This document shows positions 37,701-50,084 of a DNA stretch of 64,000 nt, piece by piece. Location: assembly GCA_051530055.1 (NCBI GenBank), contig CM121342.1, positions 6,075,489 to 6,139,488 of the forward strand. The letters run 5' to 3'. The notes under the pieces are model-generated. The model saw nothing but the letters and a program-made list of their open reading frames with translations, was not told the origin of the DNA and made no database searches. The first letter of the stretch is position 1. Each line of letters begins with the position of its first letter. The position numbers and the translations under genes were made by a program. The DNA is from Neoechinorhynchus agilis (taxonomy: Eukaryota > Animalia > Acanthocephala).

Positions 37701-40633
37701 TTTTGGTTTTTTTCAAGAAAAAACCTCCAATTAACTCTCAATCCCAACGTGATTGGCTGAAGTATATTTTCATTTTTAGAGCACCGAATAAAATTGAAAT
37801 ATTTCAAAAGAAGAATTTCTCTAATCGACTCTTCTTTTTATCTCAATAAAACCTTTTTCAATCCGAAAACATCTCCAATTTTGTTTTTTCAACAAAAACC
37901 ATGCAATTAACTCTCAAAACACGATTTTTGTGAAATATATTTTCACTTTTAGAGCCCGAATGCAATTGAGATATTTCAAAAGAGGAATTTCTCTAATCGA
38001 CTCTCTTTTCGTGTATCTCAATAACACCATTTTCAATCCGAAAACATCTCCAATTTTTGGTTTTTTTCAAGAAAAAACCTCCAATTAACTCTCAAATCCC
38101 AACGTGATTGGCTGAAGTATATTTTCATTTTTAGAGCACCGAATAAAATTGAAATATTTTAAAAGAGGAATTTCTCTAATCGACTCTTCTTTTTATCTCA
38201 ATAAAACCTTTTTCAATCCGAAAACATCTCCAATTTTGTTTTTTCAACAAAAAACCATGCAATTAACTCTCAAAACACGATTTTTGTGAAATATATTTTC
38301 ACTTTTAGAGCACCGAATAAAATTGAGATATTTCAAAAGAAGAATTTCTCTAATCGACTCGTCTTTTCGATGAGAGTTAACGGCGAAATATCTCAATAAC
38401 ACCATTTTCAACCGAACACATCTCCAATTTTTGGTTTTTTTCAAGAAAAAACCTCCAATTAACTCTCAAATCCCAACGTGATTGGCTGAAGTATATTTTC
38501 ATTTTTAGAGCACCGAATAAAATTGAAATATTTTAAAAGAGGAATTTCTCTAATCGACTCTTCTTTTCGATGAGAGTTAACGGCGAAATGTCTCAATAAC
38601 ATCTTTTTCAATCCGAACACATCTCCAATTTTTGGTTTTGCAACAAAAAACCATGTAATTAAGTCTCAAAACATGATTTTTGTGAAATATATTTTCATTT
38701 TTAGAGAACCGAATAAATTTGAGATATTTCAAAAGAGGAATTTCTCTAATCGACTCGTTTCTTTTTATCTCAATAACACCATTTTCAACCGAACACATCT
38801 CCAATTTTTGGTTTTTTTCAAGAAAAAACCTCCAATTAACTCTAGAATCCCAACGTGATTGGCTGAAGTATATTTTCATTTTTAGAGCACCGAATGCAAT
38901 TGAGATATTTCAAAAGAGGAATTTCTCTAATCGACTCGTTTTTCATCTCAATAAAACCTTTTTCAATCCGAAAACATCTCCAATTTTTGGTTTTTGCAAC
39001 AAAAAACCATGCAATTAACTCTCAAAACACGATTTTTGTGAAATATATTTTCACTTTTAGAACACCGAATGCAATTGAGATATTTCAAAAGAGGAATTTC
39101 TCTAATCGACTCTTTTTATCTCAATAACACCTTTTCAACCGAAAACATCTCCAATTTTTGGTTTTTCAACAAAAAACCATGCAATTAACTCTCAAAACAC
39201 GATTTTTCTGAAATATATTTTCATTTTTAGAGCACCGAATGCAATTGAGATATTTCAAAAGAGGAATTTCTCTAATCGACTCTTCTTTTTATCTCAATAA
39301 CACCATTTTCAATCCGAAAACATCTCCAATTTTTGTTTTTCAACAAAAACCTGCAATAACTCTCAAAACAGTTTTTTGAAATATATTTTCATTTTAGAGC
39401 ACCGAATGAATTGAGATATTTCAAAAGAGGAATTTCTCTAATCGACTCTTTTTTTATCTCAATAACACCATTTTCAATCCGAAAACATCTCCAATTTTTG
39501 TTTTTTCAACAAAAAACCATGCAATTAACTCTCAAAACACGATTTTTGTGAAATATATTTTCATTTTTAGAGCACCGAATGCAATTGAGATATTTCAAAA
39601 GAGGAATTTCTCTAATCGACTCGTTTTTATTCAATAACACCTTTTAATCCGAAAACATCTCCAATTTTTGGTTTTTCAACAAAAAACCATGCAATTAACT
39701 CTCAAAACACGATTTTTTGAAATATATTTTCATTTTAGAGCACCGAATGCAATTGAGATATTTCAAAAGAGGAATTTCTCTAATCGACTCTTTTTTATCT
39801 CAATAACACCATTTTCAATCCGAAAACATCTCCAATTTTTGGTTTTTCAACAAAAAACCATGCAATTAACTCTCAAAACACGATTTTTTGAAATATATTT
39901 TCATTTTAGAGCACCGAATGCAATTGAGATATTTCAAAAGAGGAATTTCTCTAATCGACTCTTCTTTTTATCTCAATAACACCATTTTCAATCCGAAAAC
40001 ATCTCCAATTTTTGTTTTTTCAACATCAAACCATGCAATTAACTCTCAAAACACGATTTTTGTGAAATATATTTTCATTTTTAGAGCACCGAATAAAATT
40101 GAGATATTTCAAAAGAGAAATTTCTCTAATCGACTCGTCTTTTCGATGAGAATCCGAAAACATTTCCAATTTTTGATTTTTCAATAAAAAAAACCATGCA
40201 ATTAACTCTCAAAACACGATTTTTGTGAAATATATTTTCACTTTTAGAACACCGAATGCAATTGAGATATTTCAATCTAAGATGACACTGATGAGAATGC
40301 TTCGAAAACTCTATTATTTTCAAACCATTTTCGCTTATTGATTACTCACAGAAGACCTTAAAAAAGCGGACATAAAAATGGTGATTAATCGTTCGAACAG
40401 TTCGAGACTAAAAGATTCTCTCAAGATTGAATTATCGTGTACCTTGCATGACCCATATGAGCAGAATCATAGACGGTTGGACCGCAAGAGTACCACTTGA
40501 CTGTATTGTCCTTCACATCGAAGACGTCCTAAAAAAATCGAAAAGGTCTCTATAATTTTAAAGTTCTTACTTTCGTTTTCGTGAGACTATTGAACACTTT
40601 AAGCACTGATTTAACGTCGTCCTGTTGTGCCAT
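34748..40633 (-). CDS. CARS1: Cysteinyl-tRNA synthetase, cytosolic type, 5 exons, ~742 aa; a possible extra upstream exon gives an N-terminal extension
   Basis: Exons 40633-40571, 40528-40443, 37021-36378, 36297-35566 and 35451-34748 (sum 2229 nt). Motifs: [50 protein letters not shown]. Confidence 0.95.
37200..40275. repeat. Tandem array of ~170-200-bp mosaic units (~18) inside the 3421-nt CARS1 intron 2
   Basis: attgagatatttcaaaagagg recurs, with the cassette cgatgagagttaacggcgaaa present or absent. A 13-bp inverted repeat (attgagatatttc / gaaatatctcaat) occurs in some units. Confidence 0.96.
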
Positions 40634-41596
40634 TGGCAATTTCACAGTGAGTGTATCTGGAGTTGTTCTTGTTAAAAAACTGGAGCGCCCTACTACAAAC
40701 TAAAGATGATTATTTAAAAACCCTTGTTTAAAACAGACCGTTTCTCGTAATTTTAAATGTATTGGAAGCTCTTCGGCGAGAGCGATTGATCAGCATAAGC
40801 TGGGCACGGACTAAATTACGAAAACTTTGCAAGTATCCAAAGAAAGTTAAGATCAGACCTCGTCGCGGTCGGTTCATTTGCGCTCTCAGAGAAAGTGTCG
40901 AAAAGAAAAAAGACAACGAAAAAAAGTCCAATTGTAAAAAGAAAATGAGAACAATGAAAAACTTACGATTGTGAAATGGTCGTTCCCGCGTGAGGAACAT
41001 CTACAAATCACCGAGATATGTTGAAATGACGAAAAAAATCGATATGTTCATCGCTACGGTGATTTTTAACACAAAAAAATTGAACAATTAACCATTTGCC
41101 GATTTTTGAAATTTTAAGAGTGTCGAACGAGGATCTTTCAAAAATGCCGATATTTGCGCCGAGGAGAACCATGAAAAAATATTTTTGCGATCCCAAATCA
41201 ATGAGAAATACGGGTTGTATTCGCAAAACAAATCTTTCAAAACACGAAAAACGTCTAAAATCGAGAAAAGATTCAAATATTAAAATAAAGAGCTTAAATC
41301 TGGAAGAATTCTCAGTCGCTGATTCTTTAAAACTTCGATTTTTTCGCTCAACTTTTCAAAGTTTAAAAAAGTGCAATGCGCCTACAAGTCCTTAAATCGA
41401 ATTTAAACGATGAAAAAGCCACAAAACTTACGGAATTTTTCTTAATTTTCTACTATCGATTTTCAGCAATCAAACGCGTATTTTTATGCACCGTTCGGCT
41501 AAAATAGTCCACAAATTAAAGTTATAACTTTGGACATCGATTTCATTCAGTTCGCTTTGAATATTATCTCATTTGTTCGAGTAAAAACTTACAAGC

Positions 41597-41639
41597 AATA
41601 CTGAAGAAGATCCGAGATAGAGGATCGAAATATTTAATT
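41597..41639 (+). ncRNA. Hammerhead motif with a weakened stem I, downstream of and antisense to SEM1
   Basis: aata-CTGAAGA-A-GATCC(gagataga)GGATC-GAAA-TATT-taatt. The upstream aaaaacttacaagcaat matches the inverted arm of the 23926-24074 element. Confidence 0.6.
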
Positions 41640-41757
41640 TAATTTAATTATATTCTCCACTCGAACAAAACAATGATGAACTATCTTTTCAATATTATCT
41701 CATTCTTTCTTTCAAAATGTAATTCGACCTCTAAAAGATTTGATAAAGAATGCGTCT

Positions 41758-42021
41758 TTATTCCATCATTTCACCCTTCTTCTCAAGTTCATCTCTCAAC
41801 TGATTGGAAAAATCGTCATCAGCGTCCTCATCATCCCAAGTATCTTCCCAAAGGTTAACATCGTCACCACCAACATCCGCATCGTTCCAATTCTCCGCCT
41901 GAAACTCTTCGAACTCGTCATCCTCCTCAAGATTACTCATATCAATCCTTCTCCAATCCAACTCATCTTCCTCAGCTCCGGCAACATCCATCTCCTGTTC
42001 GTTCAATTTATCCGGTTTCAT
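41758..42021 (-). CDS. SEM1: SEM1/DSS1 proteasome lid and TREX-2 subunit
   Basis: [13 protein letters not shown]...[24 protein letters not shown] is the DSS1/Sem1 signature. Confidence 0.95.
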   Translation of the reverse strand: MKPDKLNEQEMDVAGAEEDELDWRRIDMSNLEEDDEFEEFQAENWNDADVGGDDVNLWEDTWDDEDADDDFSNQLRDELEKKGEMME

Positions 42022-42104
42022 TGCGAGCGAAATAGTTTTGGATTTTCACGTTTTCTAATTCAATTACGATTCTTCCGTCGCTCGTGTATAAAATACGTCG
42101 TATT

Positions 42105-45100
42105 CGAACGAGGATTGTGATCTTCACAACACGTCTCCAAATCGAATCATTCCGAAGGATTTTCTTTTGGTGATCATTCGATTTGGAGACGTGTGGTGAT
42201 TATCTTAATCCTCGTTCGGATAATTCATATCCAGATATTTCGAAAGAGGAGGACTATTGATCAATGTTTTATCCGAACGATGATTATGATCTTCACAACA
42301 CGTCTCCAAATTGAATCATTCCGAAGGATTTTCTTTTGGTGATCATTCGAGTTGGAGACGTGTGGTGATTATCTTAATCCTCGTTCGGATAAATCATATC
42401 CAGATATTTCGAAAGAGGAGGACTATTGATCAATGTTTTATCTGAACGATGATTATGATCTTCACAACACTTCACCCAAACGTCTCCAAATTGAATCATT
42501 CCGAAGGATTTTCTTTTGGTGATCATTTCGAGAGTTGGAGACGTGTGGTGATTATCTTAATCCTCGTTCGGATAATTCATATCCAGATATTTCGAAAGAG
42601 GAGGACTATTGATCAATGTTTTATCCGAACGATGATTATGATCTTCACAACACTTCGCCCAAACGTCTCCAAATTGAATCATTCCGAAGGATTTTCTTTT
42701 GGTGATCATTTCGAGAGTTGGAGACGTGTGGTGATTATCTTAATCCTCGTTCGGATAATTCATATCCAGATATTTCGAAAGAGGAGGACTATTGATCAAT
42801 GTTTTATCCGAACGATGATTATGATCTTCACAACACTTCACCCAAACGTCTCCAAATTGAATCATTCCGAAGGATTTTCTTTTGGTGATCATTTCGAGAG
42901 TTGGAGACGTGTGGTGATTATCTTAATCCTCGTTCGGATAATTCATATCCAGATATTTCGAAAGAGGAGGACTATTGATCAATGTTTTATCCGAACGATG
43001 ATTATGATCTTCACAACACTTCACCCAAACGTCTCCAAATTGAATCATTCCGAAGGATTTTCTTTTGGTGATCATTTCGAGAGTTGGAGACGTGTGGTGA
43101 TTATCTTAATCCTCGTTCGGATAATTCATATCCAGATATTTCGAAAGAGGAGGACTATTGATCAATGTTTTATCCGAACGATGATTATGATCTTCACAAC
43201 ACTTCACCCAAACGTCTCCAAATTGAATCATTCCGAAGGATTTTCTTTTGGTGATCATTTCGAGAGTTGGAGACGTGTGGTGATTATCTTAATCCTCGTT
43301 CGGATAATTCATATCCAGATATTTCGAAAGAGGAGGACTATTGATCAATGTTTTATCCGAACGATGATTATGATCTTCACAACACTTCACCCAAACGTCT
43401 CCAAATTGAATCATTCCGAAGGATTTTCTTTTGGTGATCATTTCGAGAGTTGGAGACGTGTGGTGATTATCTTAATCCTCGTTCGGATAATTCATCCAGA
43501 TATTTCGAAAGAGGAGGACTATTGATCAATGTTTTATCTGAACGATGATTATGATCTTCACAACACTTCACCCAAACGTCTCCAAATTGAATCATTCCGA
43601 AGGATTTTTGGTGATCATAGAGTTGGAGACGTGTGGTGATTATCTTAATCCTCGTTCGGATAATTCATATCCAGATATTTCGAAAGAGGAGGACTATTGA
43701 TCAATGTTTTATCCGAACGATGATTATGATCTTCACAACACTTCACCCAAACGTCTCCAAATTGAATCATTCCGAAGGATTTTCTTTTGGTGATCATTTC
43801 GAGAGTTGGAGACGTGTGGTGATTATCTTAATCCTCGTTCGGATAAATCATATCCAGATATTTCGAAAGAGGAGGACTATTGATCAATGTTTTATCCGAA
43901 CGATGATTATGATCTTCACAACACTTCGCCCAAACGTCTCCAAATTGAATCATTCCGAAGGATTTTCTTTTGGTGATCATTTCGAGAGTTGGAGACGTGT
44001 GGTGATTATCTTAATCCTCGTTCGGATAATTCATATCCAGATATTTCGAAAGAGGAGGACTATTGATCAATGTTTTATCCGAACGATGATTATGATCTTC
44101 ACAACACTTCACCCAAACGTCTCCAAATTGAATCATTCCGAAGGATTTTCTTTTGGTGATCATTTCGAGAGTTGGAGACGTGTGGTGATTATCTTAATCC
44201 TCGTTCGGATAATTCATATCCAGATATTTCGAAAGAGGAGGACTATTGATCAATGTTTTATCTGAACGATGATTATGATCTTCACAACACTTCGCCCAAA
44301 CGTCTCCAAATTGAATCATTCCGAAGGATTTTCTTTTGGTGATCATTTCGAGAGTTGGAGACGTGTGGTGATTATCTTAATCCTCGTTCGGATAATTCAT
44401 ATCCAGATATTTCGAAAGAGGAGGACTATTGATCAATGTTTTATCTGAACGATGATTATGATCTTCACAACACTTCACCCAAACGTCTCCAAATTGAATC
44501 ATTCCGAAGGATTTTCTTTTGGTGATCATTCGAGTTGGAGACGTGTGGTGATTATCTTAATCCTCGTTCGGATAAATCATATCCAGATATTTCGAAAGAG
44601 GAGGACTATTGATCAATGTTTTATCTGAACGATGATTATGATCTTCACAACACTTCACCCAAACGTCTCCAAATTGAATCATTCCGAAGGATTTTCTTTT
44701 GGTGATCATTCGAGTTGGAGACGTGTGGTGATTATCTTAATCCTCGTTCGGATAATTCATATCCAGATATTTCGAAAGAGGAGGACTATTGATCAATGTT
44801 TTATCCGAACGATGATTATGATCTTCACAACACTTCGCCCAAACGTCTCCAAATTGAATCATTCCGAAGGATTTTCTTTTGGTGATCATTTCGAGAGTTG
44901 GAGACGTGTGGTGATCTTAATGGGTTTGTTTTTGTTTGTTGTTTTGTTGGGTTGGGATTATCTTAATCCTCGTTCGGATAAATCATATCCAGATATTTCG
45001 AAAGAGGAGGACTATTGATCAATGTTTTATCTGAACGATGATTATGATCTTCACAACACTTCACCCAAACGTCTCCAAATTGAATCATTCCGAAGGATTT

Positions 45101-45790
45101 TCTTTTGGTGATCATTCGAGTTGGAGACGTGTGGTGATTATCTTAATCCTCGTTCGGATAAATCATATCCAGATATTTCGAAAGAGGAGGACTATTGATC
45201 AATGTTTTATCCGAACGATGATTATGATCTTCACAACACTTCACCCAAACGTCTCCAAATTGAATCATTCCGAAGGATTTTCTTTTGGTGATCATTTCGA
45301 GAGTTGGAGACGTGTGGTGATTATCTTAATCCTCGTTCGGATGATTCATATCCAGATATTTCGAAAGAGGAGGACTATTGATCAATGTTTTATCCGAACG
45401 ATGATTATGATCTTCACAACACTTCACCCAAACGTCTCCAAATTGAATCATTCCGAAGGATTTTCTTTTGGTGATCATTTCGAGAGTTGGAGACGTGTGG
45501 TGATCTTAATTCGAACGAGGATTATGATCACTGCCAGACGTCCCATACTCTCAAAATGATCATTAAAAGAAAATTATGTGGTATCATTCGATTTGGGGAT
45601 GTGTGGGGATTATCTTAATCCTCGTTCGGATAAATCATATCCAGATATTTCGAAAGAGGAGGACTATTGATCAATGTTTTATCCGAACGATGATTATGAT
45701 CTTCACAACACTTCGCCCAAACGTCTCCAAATTGAATCATTCCGAAGGATTTTCTTTTGGAATGATTCGATTTGGAGACGTTTGGGCGAC
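42105..45790. repeat. 183-bp tandem array, ~20 units, each an imperfect foldback
   Basis: The arms atccgaacgatgattatgatcttcacaacac..acgtctccaa and ttggagacgtgtggtgattatcttaatcctcgttcggat are reverse-complementary. Confidence 0.97.
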
Positions 45791-45919
45791 GTGTGTCGAT
45801 CATCAAAATCCTATTAAATTATGTTTTCCGATCTTACATTAACAAAATCGATAATTCCTTCGCTTTTACGAAAAGCATCCGTGCTATTCATATTTAGAAA
45901 ATCGATCGGGATTATAATT

Positions 45920-46192
45920 GTGACTTGTGGTGAAGAATACTCACCCGGTTAAAAATCATTTTATTCTTCAGATATATTTCGAAATAGAGGAAACCTCGCA
46001 TGCACTCACATTACGACCGCTGCAAATACGCCCTGCGAACCTGTCAACCCGAGCCTATTAGATAAAACATCAGAATGGCAATAATCAAAAACCTTTTTAG
46101 ATGATTGAGAAGGCGAGGTTTCCTCTTTCGAAATATTTCAGAAGAATAAAATGATTTTTAGCCGGGTGAGTATATTCATCACACAAGTCAAC
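45920..46192. mobile_element. MITE-like element with ~80-bp imperfect TIRs
   Basis: tgacttgtggtgaagaatactcacccggttaaaaatcattttattcttc..gaggaaacctcgc matches its reverse complement at 46113-46192. Confidence 0.8.
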
Positions 46193-46676
46193 ACTTTCAT
46201 TTCGAAAAAGCTACATAACTTAATTTTTTTGACAAGGCCTTGAAAATTCGCAATGAACAGTTCAATAATAAAGCTCGAGTGTGTAACAATTCACAATTGA
46301 GAATACACATCCACTCGAACAATTGGATAGAATTACTATTTCCTTCGATTTTTTCTGGGAATTCACAATCAAGATGACTAATAGAAATTTTATGATTGTT
46401 GTTGAAGATTACAATTGTTCATGTTTGAAAAGTTAAAAGAATTTATGGGTTTATCCACAGTATTAATTAAATCTACTTTAACAACCTTATGATAAAAGCA
46501 TGTACAAGATTATGCCAAGCCCCGAAAACAATCGGAGCCAATAAATTCTTTTAATTTTCACACGTCAAATTTGAATTTTTCGAACTTAACCTGTTGTTGC
46601 TTTTCGACGCAAATTCTACAAAAAAGATAGAAATACGATTCATTTTCTCTGTAATACCTTTAGACAAAGCACAAAA

Positions 46677-47222
46677 ATGAATGTTATTCATTTTCCAAGC
46701 GAAATATTCGATGCTCATGTCGTTATGGGTGTTAAGAGGAGTCGTCGTCGTCGTAGAAGACGCAAAAAATCTACTTTATCTCATGATCTCCTTGTAAAAA
46801 TCGTCTATGAACAAGAAGATTCTCTTCGGAAAATGGACGAACTTCAGGACCGAGTTTGCAAGTTCGCTAAGCGACTCTTAAATAATATAAGGCGTCGTAT
46901 GTACGAAATTCAACAGATTTTAGACGTGGGGAAAGCACTGGATAAACTTGCGGTCGATCGTCTTGCATTAGTCGATAACACAGTGTCTGAATCGATTCGC
47001 AGCGTAATGGAGCAATGCGAGGAACGCTTAAAAGATTATGCTGATCAGATTGAGATCCTTGATTGCTTAACTGAATGGAAATGCGAAAGGTTGAGCCAAG
47101 GAGTGCGACGCTGTGACATGTTGGTAGCCGGGAAACGCTACCGAGATCTGTGGCCTGTACATAGAGGTTTTGTTTCGTTGTACGATGTTTGTTGCCTCCA
47201 CGAATACAAGAAATGTCGCTAG
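46677..47222 (+). CDS. Hypothetical 181-aa helical protein with a poly-Arg NLS-like tract
   Basis: ATG ORF with coding-like composition and the tract KRSRRRRRRRKK; no family recognised. Confidence 0.65.
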   Translation: MNVIHFPSEIFDAHVVMGVKRSRRRRRRRKKSTLSHDLLVKIVYEQEDSLRKMDELQDRVCKFAKRLLNNIRRRMYEIQQILDVGKALDKLAVDRLALVDNTVSESIRSVMEQCEERLKDYADQIEILDCLTEWKCERLSQGVRRCDMLVAGKRYRDLWPVHRGFVSLYDVCCLHEYKKCR

Positions 47223-47536
47223 AAGACAGGTTAACCTAATGAATTTCCACGAGTATTTGGTCTTTTAAGGATTTGAACAACTTTAAAATTTCTAACGCGG
47301 AATTTACGATCTGTAATGTGCACTTAACATTTGGAATACTTTCTAACGGACAAACGAATACGCATGAATGCATAATTTCCTTTTAATAGATACTTGGTTG
47401 CATCGATTTTATTGGTAGATTGAAACCTTTTTTGGACTTTTCAAATTCTCATTTATGCTCTTCCAGTGGAGCCTAATTTTTTGGTTTGTATTCCAAATCT
47501 CAAGTGCACCTTACAGATCGTTACTTGAGTTCCGGT

Positions 47537-49797
47537 TTATTTCACATGTAAACTGTTGTACTGTCAGACGGATAAAATTTAGTTGCTTGACAGTTCAACT
47601 CTATTGAATCCTAAATAAAGAATAGGAGAGAGAAGGAGAGTAGAAGTTGAGTTTGCAAGCGATCTCTAAGCTTTCTTTGAGAATTTAACATTTCTTTTTG
47701 TCCTTTTCGGTCATTTTGCCGAATAAAACTAGTAAACGACCACTTTTTTTATTTCACATGTAAACTGTTGTACTGTCAGACGGATAAAATTTAGTTGCTT
47801 GAGAGTCTACCAAATCCTAAATAAAGAATAGGAGAGAGAAGGAGAGTAGAAGTTGAGTTTGCAAGCGATCTCTAAGCTTTCTTTGAGAATTTAACATTTC
47901 TTTTTGTCCTTTTCGGTCATTTTGCCGAATAAAACTAGTAAACGACCACTTTTTCATGTAAACTGTTGTACTGTCAGACGGATAAAATTTAGTTGCTTGA
48001 AGTTAACCAAATCCTAAATAAAGAATAGGAGAAAGGAGAGTAGAAGTTGAGTTTGCAAGCGATCTCTAAGCTTTCTTTGAGAATTTAACATTTCTTTTTG
48101 TCCTTTTCGGTCATTTTGCCGAATAAAACTAGTAAACGACCACTTTTTTTATTTCACATGTAAACTGTTGTACTGTCAGACGGATAAAATTTAGTTGCTT
48201 GACAGTCAACCTATTGAATCCTAAATAAAGAATAGGAGAGAGAAGGAGAGTAGAAGTTGAGTTTGCAAGCGATCTCTAAGCTTTCTTTGAGAATTTAACA
48301 TTTCTTTTTGTCCTTTTCGGTCATTTTGCCAAATAAGACTAGTAAACGACCACTTTTTTTATTTCACATGTAAACTGTTGTACTGTCAGACGGATAAAAT
48401 TTAGTTGCTTGACAGTTCAACTCTATTGAATCCTAAATAAAGAATAGGAGAGAGAAGGAGAGTAGAAGTTGAGTTTGCAAGCGATCTCTAAGCTTTCTTT
48501 GAGAATTTAACATTTCTTTTTGTCCTTTTCGGTCATTTTGCCAAATAAGACTAGTAAACGACCACTTTTTTTATTTCACATGTAAACTGTTGTACTGTCA
48601 GACGGATAAAATTTAGTTGCTTGAGAGTCAACCTATGAATCCTAAATAAAGAATAGGAGAGAGAAGGAGAGTAGAAGTTGAGTTTGCAAGCGATCTCTAA
48701 GCTTTCTTTGAGAATTTAACATTTCTTTTTGTCCTTTTCGGTCATTTTGCCGAATAAAACTAGTAAACGACCACTTTTTTTATTTCACATGAAACTGTTG
48801 TACTGTCAGACGGATAAAATTTAGTTGCTTGACAGTTCAACTCTATTGAATCCTAAATAAAGAATAGGAGAGAGAAGGAGAGTAGAAGTTGAGTTTGCAA
48901 GCGATCTCTAAGCTTTCTTTGAGAATTTAACATTTCTTTTTGTCCTTTTCGGTCATTTTGCCGAATAAAACTAGTAAACGACCACTTTTTTTATTTCACA
49001 TGTAAACTGTTGTACTGTCAGACGGATAAAATTTAGTTGCTTGAGAGTCTACTGAATCTAAATAAAGAATAGGAGAGAGAAGGAGAGTAGAAGTTGAGTT
49101 TGCAAGCGATCTCTAAGCTTTCTTTGAGAATTTAACATTTCTTTTTGTCCTTTTCGGTCATTTTGCCGAATAAAACTAGTAAACGACCACTTTTTTTATT
49201 TCACATGAAACTGTTGTACTGTCAGACGGATAAAATTTAGTTGCTTGAGAGTCTACCAAATCCTAAATAAAGAATAGGAGAGAGAAGGAGAGTAGAAGTT
49301 GAGTTTGCAAGCGATCTCTAAGCTTTCTTTGAGAATTTAACATTTCTTTTTGTCCTTTTCGGTCATTTTGCCGAATAAAACTAGTAAACGACCACTTTTT
49401 ATTTCACATGTAAACTGTTGTACTGTCAGACGGATAAAATTTAGTTGCTTGACAGTCAACCAAATCCTAAATAAAGAATAGGAGAGAGAAGGAGAGTAGA
49501 AGTTGAGTTTGCAAGCGATCTCTAAGCTTTCTTTGAGAATTTAACATTTCTTTTTGTTCTTTTCGGTCATTTTGCCGAATAAAACTAGTAAACGACCACT
49601 TTTTTTATTTCACATGTAAACTGTTGTACTGTCAGACGGATAAAATTTAGTTGCTTGAGAGTCTACCAAATCCTAAATAAAGAATAAGAGAGAGAAGGAG
49701 AGTAGAAGTTGAGTTTGCAAGCGATCTCTAAGCTTTCTTTGAGAATTTAACATTTCTTTTTGTTCGTTTCGGTCATTTTGCCAAATGAGACTAGTAA
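47537..49797. repeat. ~200-212-bp tandem array, ~11 units
   Basis: ttcacatgtaaactg recurs at 47541, 47753 and onward; units end in ttcggtcattttgccgaataaaactagt. Confidence 0.97.
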
Positions 49798-50084
49798 ATT
49801 ATTAAAAATACCCCTTAAAATTGTTTTCTTACTAAGTTTAGAATCTCTCAAAGAGGTATTATACGAAATTCTCATTTATGCTCGTTCGTTTCAAGATATT
49901 TGCATATATCGGTATATATTTTTTATCCAAAACTAAACGTCGACTAAACGCGGTTTATTTAACTTTATTTAGAAAAAAGCGTAGGTTTTCATTGAATAAC
50001 GTGCACTTTTATTCTGATAGAATTCAATGTGCTCGTTAATATGAACGTAAGTTCTTCAAAAATGGATTCAAAATCGCTAAGACG

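Noticed and set aside
40288-40312. CTGATGAG...GAAA as another hammerhead
   Set aside because: Stem II has only 3 bp and there is no stem I pairing.
42200-45500. TGA read-through or recoding of the protein-looking frame (DDYDLHNTSPKRLQIESF...) in the 183-bp array
   Set aside because: It needs two TGA per unit, TGA is an ordinary stop in KDSR here, and unit variants are mostly non-synonymous in that frame.
42449-45842. Long plus-strand ORFs in the 183-bp array
   Set aside because: The recurrent ATCCGA to ATCTGA variant creates in-frame stops in several units and all other frames are closed, so the ORFs arise only because 183 is divisible by 3.
7661-49797. Tandem arrays as CRISPR-like repeat-spacer loci
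   Set aside because: The units are contiguous near-identical monomers with no unique spacers, no cas genes are present, and the context is eukaryotic with introns.
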